This document shows, in pieces, positions 18,913-28,461 of a stretch of DNA of 64,000 bases (its first letter is position 1; each line of letters begins with the position of its first letter). The stretch comes from Candidatus Berkelbacteria bacterium Licking1014_7 (GTDB taxonomy: Bacteria; Patescibacteriota; UBA1384; GWA2-35-9; CG2-30-39-44), in NCBI GenBank assembly GCA_007376535.1, contig VMGK01000005.1:2085-66084 (forward strand). The letters run 5' to 3'. The notes below the pieces were generated by a model. It ran no database searches, was not told the DNA's origin, and worked only from the letters and a program-made list of their open reading frames with translations. Position numbers and translations under genes: made by a program.

Positions 18913-20022
18913 TTATTGATGCAAGCCGTTACTGAGTTGTTGTCTAATGCGTAAAACCTCAGCGGCATCAATTGCGTCTTGGGTTGCTTCGGTTTCTATT
19001 CTGGCTAATTCAGTATCTACTAATGCGGTAGTGTCTGTGTTTCCCAGAGTAGATAATTCTTTAAGTAATTGTTTCGCCTCAGCGATTCTTGTATGAATTA
19101 CTTGTTTTGCATCTTCGGTTTGAGATAAACGCAATTCATGTTCTAATCTTACAATTTGACTTGTGATTTGTCTTTGCAATTTGCCAAATTGTTTTGTCAA
19201 ATCATCGTTGCCCAATTGTCTGCGCCATTTTCTGCTTTTTAATCTTCTGGTAATTCTGTAGTAAAGAAAGCCCAAGTCAAATGATTTGGTTGCGTCGAAA
19301 GACCGCTTGATGAGCGCGCTAACTAGTCGGAATGTTCTAAACAAGATATAAACAATGCCGTCATAAAGAGCGACGATTAATATTCCGGGAAGTGAAAAAA
19401 TCATTACGATAGTAGAACTGATTACAGATAATCCGTTCCAAAATTCGCGTAATCCGCATCCCACACGTAGATATAAACCCAAAATCAATCCGCCCAATGC
19501 CCAAATAGTCAAGGGAAGCGATTTCCAGTGGCTATGTTTAAGATATGTTGGCGGTTTTAGCTTTTGAACCTTTTTGATCATATCTTGGGCATTAGTTTTG
19601 CCCAGCGCTACTTTTTCAAATTCAGGCGATTGAAGGTAATCGGGATTAACATTTGCCAACACAAATTGTAGTGCAGCCAATTGTTTTTTGGGGTCTTTTT
19701 CATCCAAAAGGGCTTTGGTTTGCCTGCCTCGCTCAAAGGCAATAATCGTGTCCTTTGGAGAATTTTTGGGGATCTGAATACCAACGTATCCTTGCCAAAA
19801 AGCGTTATTGTCAACAGCGGTTTGATAGGTTTCATATTTTCGCGTGAATTCTTGTCTTGTGTCATAATTGTCTATGCCTTTCGAAGACGAACAAAGCAAC
19901 GGCAGCACAATTATACAAACAATTATTAGAACTGAAAATTGTCCAAAAAATTCTGTATATATGGCTTCAGAAAATTTTAGATAATTTTTTTCTTTTGTTC
20001 TTCCTTTTGTTCTCATTGTCAA
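18913..20022 (-). CDS. Hypothetical membrane protein with C-terminal coiled coil
   Basis: 369-codon ORF with three hydrophobic segments; upstream TTGACA promoter and GAGG RBS. Confidence 0.7.
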   Translation of the reverse strand: MTMRTKGRTKEKNYLKFSEAIYTEFFGQFSVLIIVCIIVLPLLCSSSKGIDNYDTRQEFTRKYETYQTAVDNNAFWQGYVGIQIPKNSPKDTIIAFERGRQTKALLDEKDPKKQLAALQFVLANVNPDYLQSPEFEKVALGKTNAQDMIKKVQKLKPPTYLKHSHWKSLPLTIWALGGLILGLYLRVGCGLREFWNGLSVISSTIVMIFSLPGILIVALYDGIVYILFRTFRLVSALIKRSFDATKSFDLGFLYYRITRRLKSRKWRRQLGNDDLTKQFGKLQRQITSQIVRLEHELRLSQTEDAKQVIHTRIAEAKQLLKELSTLGNTDTTALVDTELARIETEATQDAIDAAEVLRIRQQLSNGLHQ

Positions 20023-20119
20023 AGTGCCTCCTCTGTTTTTTTTGGATTAGACATATAAAATATACTATAAAACAAGACAGATGTCAACTCTTCGCACCTT
20101 TTTCATAATGTTTTCGGTA

Positions 20120-20752
20120 TTAGAATCCAATCTGTCCGTTGGTAATGAGTCCAAATAAAAAATTACTGGGAGTATAAATGATTGTTTCAAAAATCGGCAA
20201 GCCAAAATATGTAAGAAAGAGTAAAGCGATTAAAATCCAGAGTCCGTTTTGTGAAAAACGCCAATACATTTCTTCCGAAATAAACAAACGCAAAATTTTT
20301 GAACCGTCTAATGGCGGAATAGGCAAAAGGTTAAAAATCATTAAAATTAGATTGATAAAGGTTAAGAGAGAAAACAGGACTTGTAAATTGTCTGAAATGA
20401 TGTTGCCCGCAAATCGCAGTGTTAAGCCGAAAATTATTGCCAGTGCGAAATTTGTCAAAGGTCCGGCCAGACTAGATAGAAATTCATCGCGATGGGGGTG
20501 TTTGAAATTATGCGGATTAATCGGCACTGGCTTGCCCCAGCCAAAACCGAAAAAAAGCAAAAACAGGGTGCCGATTAGATCTAAATGCGCCAGCGGATTG
20601 AGTGTGGTTCTGCCAAATTTTTGCGCGGTGTCGTCGCCTAATTTGAGCGCGCTAAAAGCGTGCGCCGCTTCATGAAAAGAAATGGCGACTATCAGCGCGA
20701 TTAAAAAACTCAAAAAAAGTATGGGGTTGGTAAAGAGTGTTTGAAAAAGCAT
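20120..20752 (-). CDS. Site-2 protease (M50 family)
   Basis: HEAAH, AGP, FNLLPIPPLDGS. Confidence 0.95.
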   Translation of the reverse strand: MLFQTLFTNPILFLSFLIALIVAISFHEAAHAFSALKLGDDTAQKFGRTTLNPLAHLDLIGTLFLLFFGFGWGKPVPINPHNFKHPHRDEFLSSLAGPLTNFALAIIFGLTLRFAGNIISDNLQVLFSLLTFINLILMIFNLLPIPPLDGSKILRLFISEEMYWRFSQNGLWILIALLFLTYFGLPIFETIIYTPSNFLFGLITNGQIGF

Positions 20753-20848
20753 AATTAGAAATTGAAAATTGAGAAAATTGACTTTTTAGTGTCAAATATG
20801 TTATGATATTATCATAATCAAGATAGAATAACAATAAATTTTTCAATT

Positions 20849-21067
20849 ATGATTCGTTTAAGAATTCCAAAACAAGTTTGCGCAATTTGCAATAAGGGTT
20901 CGGTTATCGGTTATAATCGCCCGAAATCTTTGCATCGGACTAAAAAAGTTGTCAATCCAAATTTGCAAAAAATGAAATTTGACGGCAAAATCCAAAGTTT
21001 GGTTTGCACCGGTTGTATGAGAACGATGAAGAAGAAATCAGACCCACTGCGAAATAATTTTTTGTAG
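20849..21067 (+). CDS. rpmB: 50S ribosomal protein L28 with repeat-derived C-terminus
   Basis: CxxC...S...TK....PNLQ...CxxC; last 8 residues lie inside the repeat starting at 21040. Confidence 0.85.
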   Translation: MIRLRIPKQVCAICNKGSVIGYNRPKSLHRTKKVVNPNLQKMKFDGKIQSLVCTGCMRTMKKKSDPLRNNFL

Positions 21068-21373
21068 CGTCCCGACAAAATGTCGGGATGAGCGAAAACA
21101 ATGAGGGGCGACGAAGCGTTGTGGGTCTGTCAACAAATATGCTTTTGTAACGAAAATTGACAAATTTGTAACGAAAATTCTTAAAAGCGACGATGTTTAT
21201 CAGTTTATGATAAGCAGAGGAGCTTTTGAGGATTTGCAGTCAAAGTTGTCAATTTGCAGTCAAAATGATATTTGTTGGCAGACCCATTAATGGAATATAG
21301 CGTAAGGAGCCCTGAATTGTTTGCAGCCAAAATTACTATGTTGTAGTAGAAAAGGTTATTTTGCAGTGGGTCT
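21040..21373 (+). repeat. Rod-shaped palindromic element with a second family member nested at 21122-21286
   Basis: Outer IR AGACCCACTGC.AAATAA / TTATTTTGCAGTGGGTCT; inner IR TGGGTCTG.CAACAAATAT / ATATTTGTTGGCAGACCCA. Confidence 0.9.
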
Positions 21374-21659
21374 AGTATAGTTTCTCCCTAAATTTTTTCT
21401 CAAAACATTCTGCGCATAGGACTGAGGCAGGGTCGCGCGGAGCAAATGGCACTTTATCTACTGATTCGCATTGAGAGCATTTGATTTGCGCTTCCAGTTC
21501 GCCTTTTTCCATTTTATCGCGAAATGATTTTCTGCACTCTGGACAACGAGATGGCGGATTTTTTAGACCTTTTTTATCAAAAAACTTTTGCTCGCCGATG
21601 GACCAGACGAAATCTTTGGCGCAATCGCGACAACTGATTTTTTTATCTTTATATTCCAT
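21372..21659 (-). CDS. Zinc-ribbon / CxxC-x17-CxxC domain protein
   Basis: DK.I.C.DC...F..S.GEQ.FF..KGL.N.P.RC..CR plus second CxxC...PF.P......C..C. Confidence 0.9.
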   Translation of the reverse strand: MEYKDKKISCRDCAKDFVWSIGEQKFFDKKGLKNPPSRCPECRKSFRDKMEKGELEAQIKCSQCESVDKVPFAPRDPASVLCAECFEKKFREKLY

Positions 21660-21723
21660 AAATTAAATTCTATCAGATAAATAAAAATTGTCAAAAATTG
21701 TTGGTTCTGCTATGATGGTTATA

Positions 21724-21888
21724 AGAACCCATGGCAAATCTCTCCAATCTACTACAATATGCCACATTTGGCTACAAAATGCTCATCGTTCGTCATCGTC
21801 CGCCTTGGCGGATGCTTCCTCACGTTTCGTATTTTTCGCTCAAATGTGATCATATTTCGCTACGATTGAGAGTTTTGCAATGGGTTCT
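21724..21888 (-). repeat. Complete rod-shaped palindromic element (165 bp)
   Basis: IR AGAACCCAT.GCAAA.CTCTC / GAGAGTTTTGCAATGGGTTCT, TA-like flanks. Confidence 0.9.
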
Positions 21889-21904
21889 ATGGGAGAATTC
21901 AAAT

Positions 21905-22627
21905 ATGCTTAATTTTCTGAGAGAAGAAATATACTCGTATCTGTTGATTGGCGATGAGAAAAATATTTTTGAAAATCTGATTCAGGCGCTCAGGCAAAAA
22001 GGAGTGAAGCAATACCAGATTCTGGATATATTGGATAGAGAGAAATCAATCATAACCATTGGTTGCGTCAGAAAGTTGAGAAAACAAATCAGCCAAAAGC
22101 CGTTTGACCAAAAAGATGTCTGGTATTTACTAATGAGGGCAAGTTGGCTTAAACATCCGGGCGGAATCGCAACACAAAACAGTTTGTTAAAAATTATTGA
22201 AGAGCCGCCCAAGTTTTTAAAAATTTTAATTGTTTGTCAGGATCCGAGGTTGATTTTGCCAACGATTGTGTCTCGTTGCGCGCGCGTTAGAATTGCCAAT
22301 GTCGGCCAGACCGCTATTTCCGTTGGCGAAAAAAATATTGATTTAAGGGATTTGGCAAACAAAAAATATTTTGAGATTTTTCAGTTTTCTCAAAAATTTG
22401 CCACAGATGAAAATTTGGCGGAAAAAATTGATAATTGGATAAAAGAATTTGGTAAGGGGTTGACAAAAGAAAGCGGGCGGGTTATGACAAAGAAAAGGCA
22501 AAGAATTCTAAAAGCGCTTTTGAAGGCAAAGGAGCATTTAGTAGAAACGAATGTAAACCGCAGATTGCTTTTGGATAATTTATTTTTAAAGATTAAAGAA
22601 TCTGACAGATTAAGATCCGTACAATAA
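21905..22627 (+). CDS. holB: DNA polymerase III delta-prime-like clamp loader subunit (reduced)
   Basis: QNSLLKIIEEPP, ILPTIVSRC, C-terminal NVNRRLLLDNL. Confidence 0.8.
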   Translation: MLNFLREEIYSYLLIGDEKNIFENLIQALRQKGVKQYQILDILDREKSIITIGCVRKLRKQISQKPFDQKDVWYLLMRASWLKHPGGIATQNSLLKIIEEPPKFLKILIVCQDPRLILPTIVSRCARVRIANVGQTAISVGEKNIDLRDLANKKYFEIFQFSQKFATDENLAEKIDNWIKEFGKGLTKESGRVMTKKRQRILKALLKAKEHLVETNVNRRLLLDNLFLKIKESDRLRSVQ

Positions 22628-22630
22628 AAA

Positions 22631-23245
22631 ATGACATTTGAAATTATTATCATCTTGGCGGTAGCAATTATTTTTGTTATTTTGGTGCGTAAAATGCCTG
22701 ATGAGAGCGCGCAAAATTTAATAAAATCAGTTAAACCAAAATGGGGTTTTAGTTTGCCGAGCATAAAATTTGATTTGCCGAAAATGCCCAGATTTTCCAG
22801 TTTATCCCGCTTAGCGGGGTTAATAAAAAAAGAGCGCTCTAAGCAAAATTTTGATCCGTTTGAAGAAGAAAAGGAAAATTTGCCAGACGAGCAGAAAAAG
22901 GAATTTGACATTGAGAAATTAAAACAGGCAGATGATTGGTTGGCAGAAGGGAAAATGGACGAGGCGGAAAAAATGTATGTGCAACTTGGCGCTGAATTTC
23001 CCGGAGAACTGAGGATTTTCAATCGTTTGGGCGTGGTATATTTGAAACAGAAAAATTTTGCCGACGCGCGCGACAGTTTTTTGCAGGCGTTGAAAATTGA
23101 TGACACTCAGGCCAGCCGGCATTATAATTTGGCAATGGCATATTTGGGAATGGGGACGCGGGAAAAAGCCAGAGTATGTTTTAAGAAAGCGATTGAGATA
23201 GATCCCGGGCGAGAAAAATATCAAAAAGCGCTGGAAAAAATATAA
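22631..23245 (+). CDS. Membrane-anchored TPR protein
   Basis: N-terminal TM helix and TPR consensus repeats. Confidence 0.85.
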   Translation: MTFEIIIILAVAIIFVILVRKMPDESAQNLIKSVKPKWGFSLPSIKFDLPKMPRFSSLSRLAGLIKKERSKQNFDPFEEEKENLPDEQKKEFDIEKLKQADDWLAEGKMDEAEKMYVQLGAEFPGELRIFNRLGVVYLKQKNFADARDSFLQALKIDDTQASRHYNLAMAYLGMGTREKARVCFKKAIEIDPGREKYQKALEKI

Positions 23246-23407
23246 GAGCCTGTCTGATAACTACTCTTGAAGCGAGAACGAGATTATTTTAGGCGAAAAA
23301 TGTGAATTGCGAGGAAAGATAGCCAAAGCTACCTTGACGAGTAATTCGCATTTTGCAGCCAAAATAAGTTATTCGCAGCTATCAGATGTAGTTATTAGAC
23401 AGGCTCT
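23245..23407 (+). repeat. Rod-shaped palindromic element inserted at the TPR gene stop codon
   Basis: IR AGAGCCTGTCT.ATAACTAC / GTAGTTATTAGACAGGCTCT. Confidence 0.9.
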
Positions 23408-23461
23408 GAGGGGAATAGTTCTAAGTATCGGTTTGTTATGGGTTTGGGTGGTGATTTTGTT

Positions 23462-23490
23462 TTGACAGAGGAAATTTTTTAGAGTAAAAT
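23462..23490 (+). promoter_or_regulatory. Sigma70 promoter of the tRNA cluster
   Basis: TTGACA-17 nt-TAAAAT. Confidence 0.8.
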
Positions 23491-23499
23491 ACAATTAAC

Positions 23500-23727
23500 G
23501 CCTCCTTGCGATAGTTTTGCCTGCCCGCCAGTCGCCGAGCGCCGAAGTAGCTCAGTGGTTAGAGCAACTGTTTTGTAAACAGTAGGTCGTGGGTTCGAAT
23601 CCCACTTTCGGCTCCAGGCAATCGGCAGGCGGGTAAACTGCCAAGGTTCCGGTTCAAGCCCGGTGGTGGGCTTAGGCGATAGCAGGCGGGTAAACTATTG
23701 GCGTCAGTTAGATTCTGACAGGGGGCT
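23500..23727 (+). pseudogene. Split relic tRNA-Thr(TGT): 5' half 23500-23519, 3' half 23691-23727; additional orphan 3' half at 23634-23672
   Basis: GCCTCCT/AGGGGGC acceptor, ATAGT-TTTG|TAA-ACTAT anticodon arm, GTCAG-TTAGATT-CTGAC T-arm; D-arm missing. Confidence 0.75.
23541..23616 (+). tRNA. tRNA-Thr(TGT) with encoded CCA
   Basis: GCCGAAG/TTTCGGC acceptor, ACTGT-TTTGTAA-ACAGT, GTGGG-TTCGAAT-CCCAC. Confidence 0.97.
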
Positions 23728-23843
23728 TACTCTGGCGGATTGGGGTAAACAGCCGCAGGTTTCCCGCCTGATTTTGGCAAGAAACCGATGATAAAATAAT
23801 TTTTTCATTTTTCATTTTGATTTTTAATTTGTATATAGTATAT

Positions 23844-23930
23844 GCTAGGGTTCCAGAGTGGTCAAATGGACCTGACTGTAAATCAGGTGGCTTTGTGCCT
23901 TCGGGGGTTCGAATCCCTCCCCTAGCACCA
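23844..23930 (+). tRNA. tRNA-Tyr(GTA) with long variable arm and CCA
   Basis: GCTAGGG/CCCTAGC acceptor, CCTGA-CTGTAAA-TCAGG. Confidence 0.97.
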
Positions 23931-24012
23931 ATCGCTTCGCAGTGGAAATCCGAAATTTGAAATTTGAAGTTTAGTATATGCTATATTCGAACCGTATTAT
24001 TTTTTTTGCAAT

Positions 24013-24084
<72 letters not shown>

Positions 24085-24215
24085 AAGTAAAAATTAATTT
24101 TTCGAAATTCAAGTATTGTAATTTGAGATTTACCTATTCCGTTTTCGTAAAATGCGAAATTTCGGGATTTCTGATTTCGTGCTTTGGATTTCGAATTTAC
24201 TCCGTAGGAGTTGTT

Positions 24216-24401
24216 GTGCCAAAAAATAAAAAAAGACCATCAATTTATTTGAAATGCGAAAAGTGCAAAAGTTTGAATTATTTGTCAGTTCGCAGTGTCA
24301 TTAATACTCCGGAAAAATTGGAATTGAAAAAATTCTGCAAAAAATGCCGGGCGCACACTTTGCATAAAGAAGCGAAAATTTCCAAGCCCCGTAAGAAATA
24401 A
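24216..24401 (+). CDS. rpmG: 50S ribosomal protein L33 (Zn-binding type)
   Basis: CEKC...NY......N.PEKLELKKFCKKC..HTLHKE; AGGAG RBS before GTG. Confidence 0.95.
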   Translation: MPKNKKRPSIYLKCEKCKSLNYLSVRSVINTPEKLELKKFCKKCRAHTLHKEAKISKPRKK

Positions 24402-24553
24402 ACCGAAAAGATTGAGTTAAGCAAGATGTATATTGCAATCGCGAGAATATAACCAATCAAGCCAAGAGAACAAATTTCTAACGGGGCAAGGCGAAGAAGT
24501 AAGAATCACCAATATTGTTTGTATCTTGTAATTTGGAATTTATGAAAAACTAC

Positions 24554-24627
24554 GGGGGCGTGGGTTAGTGGTAAACTATCGGTCTCCAAAACCGATGCCG
24601 GAGGTTCGATTCCTCCCGCCCCTGCCA
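24554..24627 (+). tRNA. tRNA-Trp(CCA) with encoded CCA
   Basis: TCGGT-CTCCAAA-ACCGA anticodon arm, GGAGG-TTCGATT-CCTCC T-arm; follows rpmG as usual. Confidence 0.95.
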
Positions 24628-24755
24628 GTTGGTAAAAGAAGAGTTTGGCTCGGTCGCCACAGGCGACCTCGCCAGCCGATTTTTGGTTCAAAATCAAATT
24701 TTTTGCCTTTGTCCCCCACTAAATTTTAGTGGGGGACGCCAGAAGCGGGTTTTTC

Positions 24756-24885
24756 CTTAAAGTCCGCACAAAGCTTGGCTTGACCCGAGACGATTTAGTG
24801 AGAAAGTCAGCCGTCCAACACACAACCCTTACAAAAATTGAGAGTAATGTGATGAGAGTAATGTGATTAAAAAACCGTCGGTTAT
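24756..24885 (+). pseudogene. XRE-family HTH regulator relic
   Basis: LKVRTKLGLTRDDLVRKSAVQHTTLTKIESNV-IKKPSV, frameshifted by a 14-bp tandem duplication of GAGAGTAATGTGAT; no start codon. Confidence 0.65.
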
Positions 24886-24891
24886 TACTCT

Positions 24892-24989
24892 GAACCCATT
24901 GCAAATCTCTCCAATCTACTACAATATGCCACATTTGGCTACAAAATACTCATCGTTCGTCATCGTCCGCCTTGGCGGATGCTTCCTCA
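24892..24989 (-). repeat. Half copy of rod-shaped palindromic element
   Basis: Matches 3317-3413. Confidence 0.9.
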
Positions 24990-25006
24990 GACTTGATTAA
25001 ATAAAT

Positions 25007-26011
25007 ATGGAAACAAAATCAAAAAATCGAGCATCAAGAAATAGAACCATAACTTTAGATAATGGCGAGATTTCTCGCTTGAGAAAGAAACTTGTCAAAA
25101 TAGATAAGCCGGTTTCTATTTCGGATATTGAGAATAAAACTATCAATCAAGATATTTTTCAGATTTTGGATTTTTTGCCAGATAATTTTGTTAATTTAGT
25201 TTTTGTAGACCCACCTTATAACTTAAACAAAACTTTTAACTTAACTGCTTTTAAGGCAATGGAGTCCGAAAAGTATGAGGAGTGGTTAGATTCGTGGGTT
25301 CAAAAAATAATCCGTTTATTAAAACCAAATGCATCGGTTTATATTTGTGGTGATTGGAAATCATCGGGAGCAATTTTTAATGTGGTAAAAAAATATTTTC
25401 AAATTCAAAATAGAATAACTTTTGAAAGAGAAAAAGGGCGGGGCGCAAAATCAAATTGGAAAAATTGCTCGGAAGATATTTGGTTTTGTACATTTTCAGA
25501 CAAGTATAACTTTGATGTTGATGCGGTAAAAATGACAAGGAAAGTTATTGCTCCATACAAAGACGAAAACGGAAATCCGAAAGATTGGGAAATAACGGAA
25601 AATGGAAATTATCGCATAACCCATCCCTCTAATATTTGGACCGACATTACAATTCCCTTTTGGTCTATGCCAGAAAATACTGACCACCCGACACAAAAAC
25701 CAGAAAAATTGGTTGCCAAAGTTATTTTGGCCAGTTCAAAACCAAATGATATTGTTTTTGATCCGTTTCTTGGTTCAGGCACAACATCTGTTGTGGCAAA
25801 AAAACTTGGTCGTAAATATGTTGGTATTGATATAGATGAATTATATTGTTGTTTGGCAGAAAAACGGCTTGAGATGGTTGATAATGACAAGACAATTCAG
25901 GGATATTCTGACGGAGTTTTTTGGGAAAGGAATACATTAAACGAACAAAATAATGGTAAAAATAAAAAGTCGGAAAATAATCATAATTTACTTTTTGATA
26001 AACTATTATAA
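25007..26011 (+). CDS. Site-specific DNA methyltransferase, beta class (DPPY)
   Basis: VDPPYN, HPTQKP, DPFLGSGTT. Confidence 0.93.
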   Translation: METKSKNRASRNRTITLDNGEISRLRKKLVKIDKPVSISDIENKTINQDIFQILDFLPDNFVNLVFVDPPYNLNKTFNLTAFKAMESEKYEEWLDSWVQKIIRLLKPNASVYICGDWKSSGAIFNVVKKYFQIQNRITFEREKGRGAKSNWKNCSEDIWFCTFSDKYNFDVDAVKMTRKVIAPYKDENGNPKDWEITENGNYRITHPSNIWTDITIPFWSMPENTDHPTQKPEKLVAKVILASSKPNDIVFDPFLGSGTTSVVAKKLGRKYVGIDIDELYCCLAEKRLEMVDNDKTIQGYSDGVFWERNTLNEQNNGKNKKSENNHNLLFDKLL

Positions 26012-26013
26012 AT

Positions 26014-26673
26014 ATGAAAAGTCAAATATTTTACGCAGATGAGTATAAAAAATTAGAAAAGAAAATCACCGAGTTTCTTAATTCTCAAACTGATTTTTTA
26101 TCTCCACGCACAATCGACAGCCCTCGAGCTGTCGGCGACGCAATACAGGATTTATTGGCAGATAATTTTGGTAAAATTCTAGGCGATTTAAGCTCAAATT
26201 ATTCTTCGGATTTTGCCAGACGCGCCATGGCGGATTTAGCCTTTAATGACAAAGATGGGTTTTATTATGTTGTTGATGTAAAAACCCATAGATTAGATTC
26301 AAGTTTCAATATGCCAAATCTTACATCAGTTGAAAGATTGGCAAGATTTTATGAAGATGATAAAAATTATTTCATAGTATTAAAAACCGATTATAAAATT
26401 CAAAAAACAAAAATAATTATAGACAAAGTTAATTTCGTTCCGATTGAATTTTTGGGCTGGGATTGTTTGACGCTTGGTGCTCTCGGTTGGGGGCAAATAC
26501 AAATCGCTAATTCAAATAATGTTAGTATAGTTGCTAAAAACAGCAGAAAAAAGTGGATGTTGGAATTATGTGATTCTCTTTTTGAATTTTATCCAAGAGA
26601 GATTGGAAAAATAAACGACAGAATTTTATATTTCAAGCGTGTTAGAAAATACTGGGAAGGTAAAAAGGGATAA
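26014..26673 (+). CDS. Probable type II restriction endonuclease (PD-(D/E)XK)
   Basis: MAD.....VDVK pattern; starts 2 nt after the methyltransferase. Confidence 0.75.
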   Translation: MKSQIFYADEYKKLEKKITEFLNSQTDFLSPRTIDSPRAVGDAIQDLLADNFGKILGDLSSNYSSDFARRAMADLAFNDKDGFYYVVDVKTHRLDSSFNMPNLTSVERLARFYEDDKNYFIVLKTDYKIQKTKIIIDKVNFVPIEFLGWDCLTLGALGWGQIQIANSNNVSIVAKNSRKKWMLELCDSLFEFYPREIGKINDRILYFKRVRKYWEGKKG

Positions 26674-26827
26674 TGAAGAATTCGCCGCCCCTTCGATCCA
26701 TTCAACGAGTTCAGGGTCGCACTGAGGAAATCGAAGGGCGATAAACTCAGGGCAGTTTTGGGCGAAATCTGTTCGGATTTTGTTCAAACAGACACCGCCA
26801 TATCTTGTTTTCAGGGAGGTGGAGGCA

Positions 26828-26989
26828 ATGCGATTTAGCAGTAGAAGTTCTTTAACAAGAAGGCAAAGACGAAATAGAAAATTGAGCCGAACAAGGACAA
26901 ATAAGAGATTGAGACAAATGAGCAGCGGCGATTATTACATCTTATATTGTGTATTAAAACAAGCCAAGCGGGAAGAAGAACGAAAATGA
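26828..26989 (+). CDS. Small Arg-rich hypothetical protein
   Basis: Strong GGAGG RBS; hairpin terminator at about 27127-27161. Confidence 0.4.
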   Translation: MRFSSRSSLTRRQRRNRKLSRTRTNKRLRQMSSGDYYILYCVLKQAKREEERK

Positions 26990-27226
26990 AATGGCTGGTA
27001 GTAGTGTGCGATCCTAATCTTTATTGTGGTTGCTTCGGAATCAGTATCTCAATGTTTGGCGTCTAAATATGCCCCAAATGTTAAGCCGCCGATCGCATCT
27101 TTGATGTTTTAGGGCAGGTCAATTATAGCGGTAAAAAGAAATACTTTTTCCGCTTTTTTTTATTTCAACAATTTCAACAATGTTTCGATGTGACGACTAA
27201 TTCCAGAATTTAGTGCAACTTTGGTT

Positions 27227-28030
27227 TTATTTTTTGATAAATTTCTGCGCAAGTTTGGCGATAACGGCGCTGGAATCATTTTTTTCAAAAGCGCGCAGGA
27301 TTTCGATCGGTATAGCAAAAATTACAGTGTTTGATTGATCTGACGAAAGATCGTTTAAGGTATTTAAAGTTCTAAGATGCAGGGCGCCGGTTGATGATGA
27401 CAATGTTTGCGCCGCCTTGGCTAAATTTTTTGAGGCGATCACTTCACCTTCTGCTTTGGTGATAACCGCGCGTTTTTCTCGTTCTGCCTCTGCTTGTTTG
27501 GCAATCACCCGTTGCATTTCTTGCGGAAGGGAAACATCTTTCAGGTCAACATTTTCCACAGTGATGCCCCAAGGATCAGTGAGTTTGTCAACAATGGTCT
27601 TAATCTGATTAGACACATCGTCGCGTTTGGAAAGCAAAGTGTCCAGATCAACTGAGCCAACAATATTTCGCATCGTGGTTTGGGCTATCTGCGAGATAGC
27701 GTAGTAAAAATTTTCCACTTCAAGTACAGCTTTCGACACATCAGCAACTTTGTAGTAAATGACCGCGTTGATTTTGACTGAAATATTATCGCGCGTGATG
27801 GCTTCTTGGTCTGGCACATCCACTGCTTTGACACGAATATCCACTTTGATTAGCGATTCAATGATTGGCAAAATTAGTCGCCAGCCCGGATTAATAATAT
27901 TGACAAATTTTCCCAGCCGAAATTTGACACCGCGTTCAAATTGGTTAATTTGGCGAATACTAACCAGGATTATGATTAAAATTACAATCGCTATAACTGA
28001 AAGGATGAGAGTGTCTAAAAAAAAGTTCAT
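27227..28030 (-). CDS. SPFH/band 7 (stomatin-like) protein
   Basis: ERGVKFRLG, AQTTMRNIVG, QAEAERE; upstream TTGACA...TATAAT promoter. Confidence 0.95.
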   Translation of the reverse strand: MNFFLDTLILSVIAIVILIIILVSIRQINQFERGVKFRLGKFVNIINPGWRLILPIIESLIKVDIRVKAVDVPDQEAITRDNISVKINAVIYYKVADVSKAVLEVENFYYAISQIAQTTMRNIVGSVDLDTLLSKRDDVSNQIKTIVDKLTDPWGITVENVDLKDVSLPQEMQRVIAKQAEAEREKRAVITKAEGEVIASKNLAKAAQTLSSSTGALHLRTLNTLNDLSSDQSNTVIFAIPIEILRAFEKNDSSAVIAKLAQKFIKK

Positions 28031-28155
28031 AATTTTTTTTGTTTATTTTTGTTTATTTATGATATTATACAAAGAAATTGAGAAAGATGTCAAGGGATCC
28101 AATTTTGTGATGATTTTTAGAGGACTTTGTGATATATTTGTGATATAATACAATT

Positions 28156-28461
28156 ATGCAGAAAGAAAAAAATAAATTTCCCAAATTCTTAAAACGATAT
28201 TTTTGGGACACGGATTTTTCATTGCTTGATAGGCAAAAAAACCAAAAATATATTATTGAGCGGATTTTGGATTGGGGCGATGAACAGGGTATTGAATGGT
28301 TGTTTCAGACCTATTCAAGCCAAGAAATTAAAGCGGTGGTATTAACATCGCGAGAATTATTTAAGAAAAGCATTAATTTTTGGGGAATCATTTTAGAGTT
28401 AGGAGAAAAATGGAGGAAAGAGGCATTAGCGAAAAGACAAAACAAAATTTGGAATTATTAG
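28156..28461 (+). CDS. Small DUF6922-like protein, putative antitoxin partner
   Basis: YFWD.....LD......YIIERIL..G......WL...Y motif; overlaps the downstream NTase. Confidence 0.75.
   Translation: MQKEKNKFPKFLKRYFWDTDFSLLDRQKNQKYIIERILDWGDEQGIEWLFQTYSSQEIKAVVLTSRELFKKSINFWGIILELGEKWRKEALAKRQNKIWNY

Noticed and set aside
23520-23690. Group I or BHB intron in tRNA-Thr
   Set aside because: No group I core motifs seen; the insert contains a full tRNA and the outer shell lacks a D-arm.
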